A stretch of DNA of 64,000 nt from Bugula neritina (Eukaryota > Animalia > Bryozoa): the NCBI GenBank assembly GCA_964035545.1, contig OZ037766.1, positions 5,074,722 to 5,138,721 on the forward strand, in the 5' to 3' direction. Below are positions 53,803 to 64,000 of the stretch, one piece after another. Position 1 is the stretch's first letter. The number at the start of each line of letters is the position of its first letter. Made by a program: the position numbers and the translations under genes. The notes below the pieces were generated by a model. That model did no database searches, was not told the origin of the DNA, and was given only the letters and a program-made list of their open reading frames with translations.

Positions 53803-56800
53803 TTATGAACATCTAAAATATTTGAACCAATATTAATAGATTTACTTAAATGAATACAAATGCAGCAACAAGCTTGTGGTGGGACACTTCACACTTTCTT
53901 GGAAATAGAATTTGTATACTTGTACATCTATTTATGTAGAAATATGCTCCAATTTATGCTCCATTACTGCATCTACCTCCAATTTATAGGCTGCTAAAAC
54001 TGCGAATTTACACATGTTAAGCTGTTAGAAATCAGCACTGCTACAACTGAAAATGTAGAGAATAGTTTATAGATCTGCAAGTGATTTACATTTAGCAGCC
54101 ATAGATAGCTGTGCTGGAATAATTGAGGCAATTTTTATGTTAGACTAGTTGTTGCTAGCAGCTTTATGCTCACGGGATTACCTTACAGAGTTTTAACAAA
54201 TATTTTGCTAACTGTTTTTTAATATTTGATTTCCCTTCATTTATTGGCAGCTTCCAGAAAACATTAGCAATTGTGTTCTTATTATATGATTAATTTTGTA
54301 AGCCAAAAGCATACTTTTCCGAAACAGTACCCTCCATTATATTGAAACAATTACATGTGTTCAGATAACACACCACCGAAGATTTAGCTGAGATTTTCAA
54401 CACTGGAGTTGATACTACTTCGTGACTACCAGCACCACGATGGGAAGATTAGTTGATGTTATTGTGTCACAGTGACTGTTACTATATTTAAACCACAATT
54501 CAGTATACAATTACTAAATTTCTCCACAAATGAACCCAACACATTACCAGCCACAAGTGCTTGACTATGACATTGATGATTGCAAAACCAGAGGTGTTTA
54601 GATTTTAGAGGCTTCTTTATTAGACAGATAGATGAATAAGGGACAGGAGATGGGTGAAAAGTTTTTGTTTAAAATTATGCTTGAAATAAGTTCTAAGAAA
54701 CCTTCAAAACACGGTAACACTGGACAGACACTGGCCAATAGATGATTAGCGAATGCTAAGAGCATATTTATCAAATGCAGCTTGAATTTATGGTTGGCCA
54801 AGCCACTAATTAAAGACAAGACAATGTAGGAATAACAAATTATATACAGTTACGTTGGTCTCAGAAACTATATGGGAGTAGAAACCAAGTTTACTGAATC
54901 AGAAGAATTGAATAGTGTGGAAAATCATCATGAGAGATGATTGTTTATTGGTCAATAAGTTCAACAACAGATATTCAACATCATAGATAATTGCAGCAAG
55001 GTAAATCAGCTGCTACTTTTCACATAGCTTAGCTATCTTATTTATTATATTAAAATTTAAGGCAGCCACAGGCAAGTAATTTCATTTGCAATAATATTAC
55101 GCAGGTATACTTAAATACAGAAAGGTGGGGGTGAAAAGCTGTTGGACTTAAGCTTCAAGCAAAAGATTGTATCGCAAAAAGTTATTTGTTTATAAATTAA
55201 AGACATCTACAGCCCAAACTTTAAAGCAATAATCAAGAACCTGAGCCAAGCCACTATACTCTAGTACATCATGTAATCAAACATTCTATTTTCCTGATAT
55301 ATAAAAAATCAGGTTTTAAACTTGATAGTTTTTCCTAATTATTTTAAGTAGAATAAAAGTTTCAATAGGATTAACTCATGTTGTTAACTAGTATTACAAT
55401 GTATTGTGGCTGTCAGGATAACAAGTTCAAGGGCAAACAAGAATAACAATGAGCTAAAATAGATCAACATTTCCTTATAGGCTACTATATAAGGACGAAA
55501 TCTACCAACACAAGAGATTTCATTGTAACAAATCTACATGCTGCCGATTGAGCATGGTATGACCTTCTGACAGCAATAGACCAGAGTGTAAATTTCAAGA
55601 TGAACTATGAGATGAGGTAGTAGAATATAACTAGAAGTAAAGTGAAATATAATACCTGAGAAGATCAGTAACAGAGGAAGATGCGAGGTGAAACTTACAC
55701 CGTTGACCTTCGGCTTCTGCAATGAATGAACAAGCGAGTCAGCGTGTAGATGTGGCAGCAGGCTTTACTTATATTGGATGGAAATATGCTGCAGCAGTGG
55801 TTCACTAATGAGTTGTAACATTTATTACAGTGGAAATGAGGCTGCCAAACCGTAAAGGGCTTTATAGTTTACAAACTGTTGCTTATTATAAACAGGTGCG
55901 CAGTTTCATTGGTTTGCTTCACACAGTATGCATGTCATTAGCAGATCTGGTTTTAATACCAAAGCCTGCGTAGCTATAAGGAGCCGTATTGAATAGAATA
56001 TCTTAGTACTGCAAGAGAAGAAAGATGCTAAACGGGCAGGTGGGAGTAATGGTTGCTCAAGCAGAATCAAACTACAGCTAATATCATTTTCCAGACTTAT
56101 TTCAAATAAATGAGAAAATGCTTACAAATTTTCAAGTGATGTAAAGATCGTCGTAAAATGTAAAAAATATTGATAAGTCATATTCTTTGGTGGAATTTAC
56201 AAATCTGAATCTAATTAAAGGTAAGCTTATTATAAAGAAGAATTTATTTTTATTCTAAAAACTTAATAAAGCATTTGTAATGCAGAATAAATTCACTGGG
56301 CTAATTTCTTGAAACTCTAGAAGTTTGCACCATTCGCAAAACATTTGACAGTCTATTGAGTGTGTCTTGATTTGGATAAAATTATGGGACAAAGGCATTT
56401 GATTATTATTATTAATATTATTGAGCAAAATTACTAAACGCAAAATACAAATAGCTAGATCTACTTTTACTAATCATTATAAAAACAGAAACGAACCATA
56501 ATTATAGTTTAAAACTGAAGATATACTCTTGAAGCAAAATTAGTTGAGAAAATAGCAAAGCTTAAAAACCTGACTTTTTGCGGAGACATTGATGCACAAA
56601 ATTGCACAAGTGTGGAATACACTACATATTCTCACCTCAAAATAGTTGAAAACATGGCATCAGCTTATTAATATCTAACATGAATGAGTGGGGTTGAAAG
56701 AAGTTTTTAAAATTGCAAACAGTGTGCCAAATTAAGAATCATGTAAATGCCAAGCGGACAGAAAAAACAAGAAAAAAGCGTTTATTTTGAGTTTGAGTAA

Positions 56801-56816
56801 CATTGTAGACTAGAGT

Positions 56817-63762
<6,946 letters not shown>

Positions 63763-64000
63763 CTGAACAAATCATAAACCAAGTGTTATGCTTAATACAC
63801 ATTACAAAATCAATTCAGTTTTTATATTTCTAATCATGCCTAGAAATTCTAAAGAATCTGCAAAAATACTTTACTGAATGAAATCACATTATTCTAAAAA
63901 AGGTGATTATTTTATTTTATTAACATATTAATATACTTAATAACTTTGTTAGAGATATTGGATTGCTGTTCAGTTTATGGTGTTTATGATGAGCTCTAAC

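Noticed and set aside
55534-55722. 62-aa minus-strand ORF upstream of the long-EYA ATG
   Set aside because: Non-ATG start and intron-like composition after a donor near 55697; more likely a 5' UTR exon, since ATG 53802 is preceded by an in-frame stop.

Overview
AT-rich, intron-dense invertebrate metazoan genomic DNA (probably a lophotrochozoan; not determinable from sequence alone). Three spliced genes were traced by hand, checking exon phase. (1) + strand 1100-29553: otoferlin-like type II ferlin, 41 coding exons, ~1851 aa, apparently without C2A, with a GC-AG intron and an 18-nt microexon. (2) - strand: eyes absent (EYA), convergent with the ferlin. Its catalytic motif reads WDLEET instead of WDLDET. 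It has a ~586-aa short form and a phase-compatible ~931-aa long form that takes in four otherwise orphan exons at 50982-53802. (3) - strand 56817-63762: the last 12 exons of LRRC40. Introns hold a tRNA-derived SINE family (4 copies), MITE-like inverted-repeat elements, many minisatellites and tandemly duplicated splice sites. A type I hammerhead ribozyme lies beside a (TA)n tract at ~50.2 kb. Most long entries in the ORF track are artefacts of minisatellites or of exon read-through into introns. Comparisons with human proteins are from memory, not from a search.
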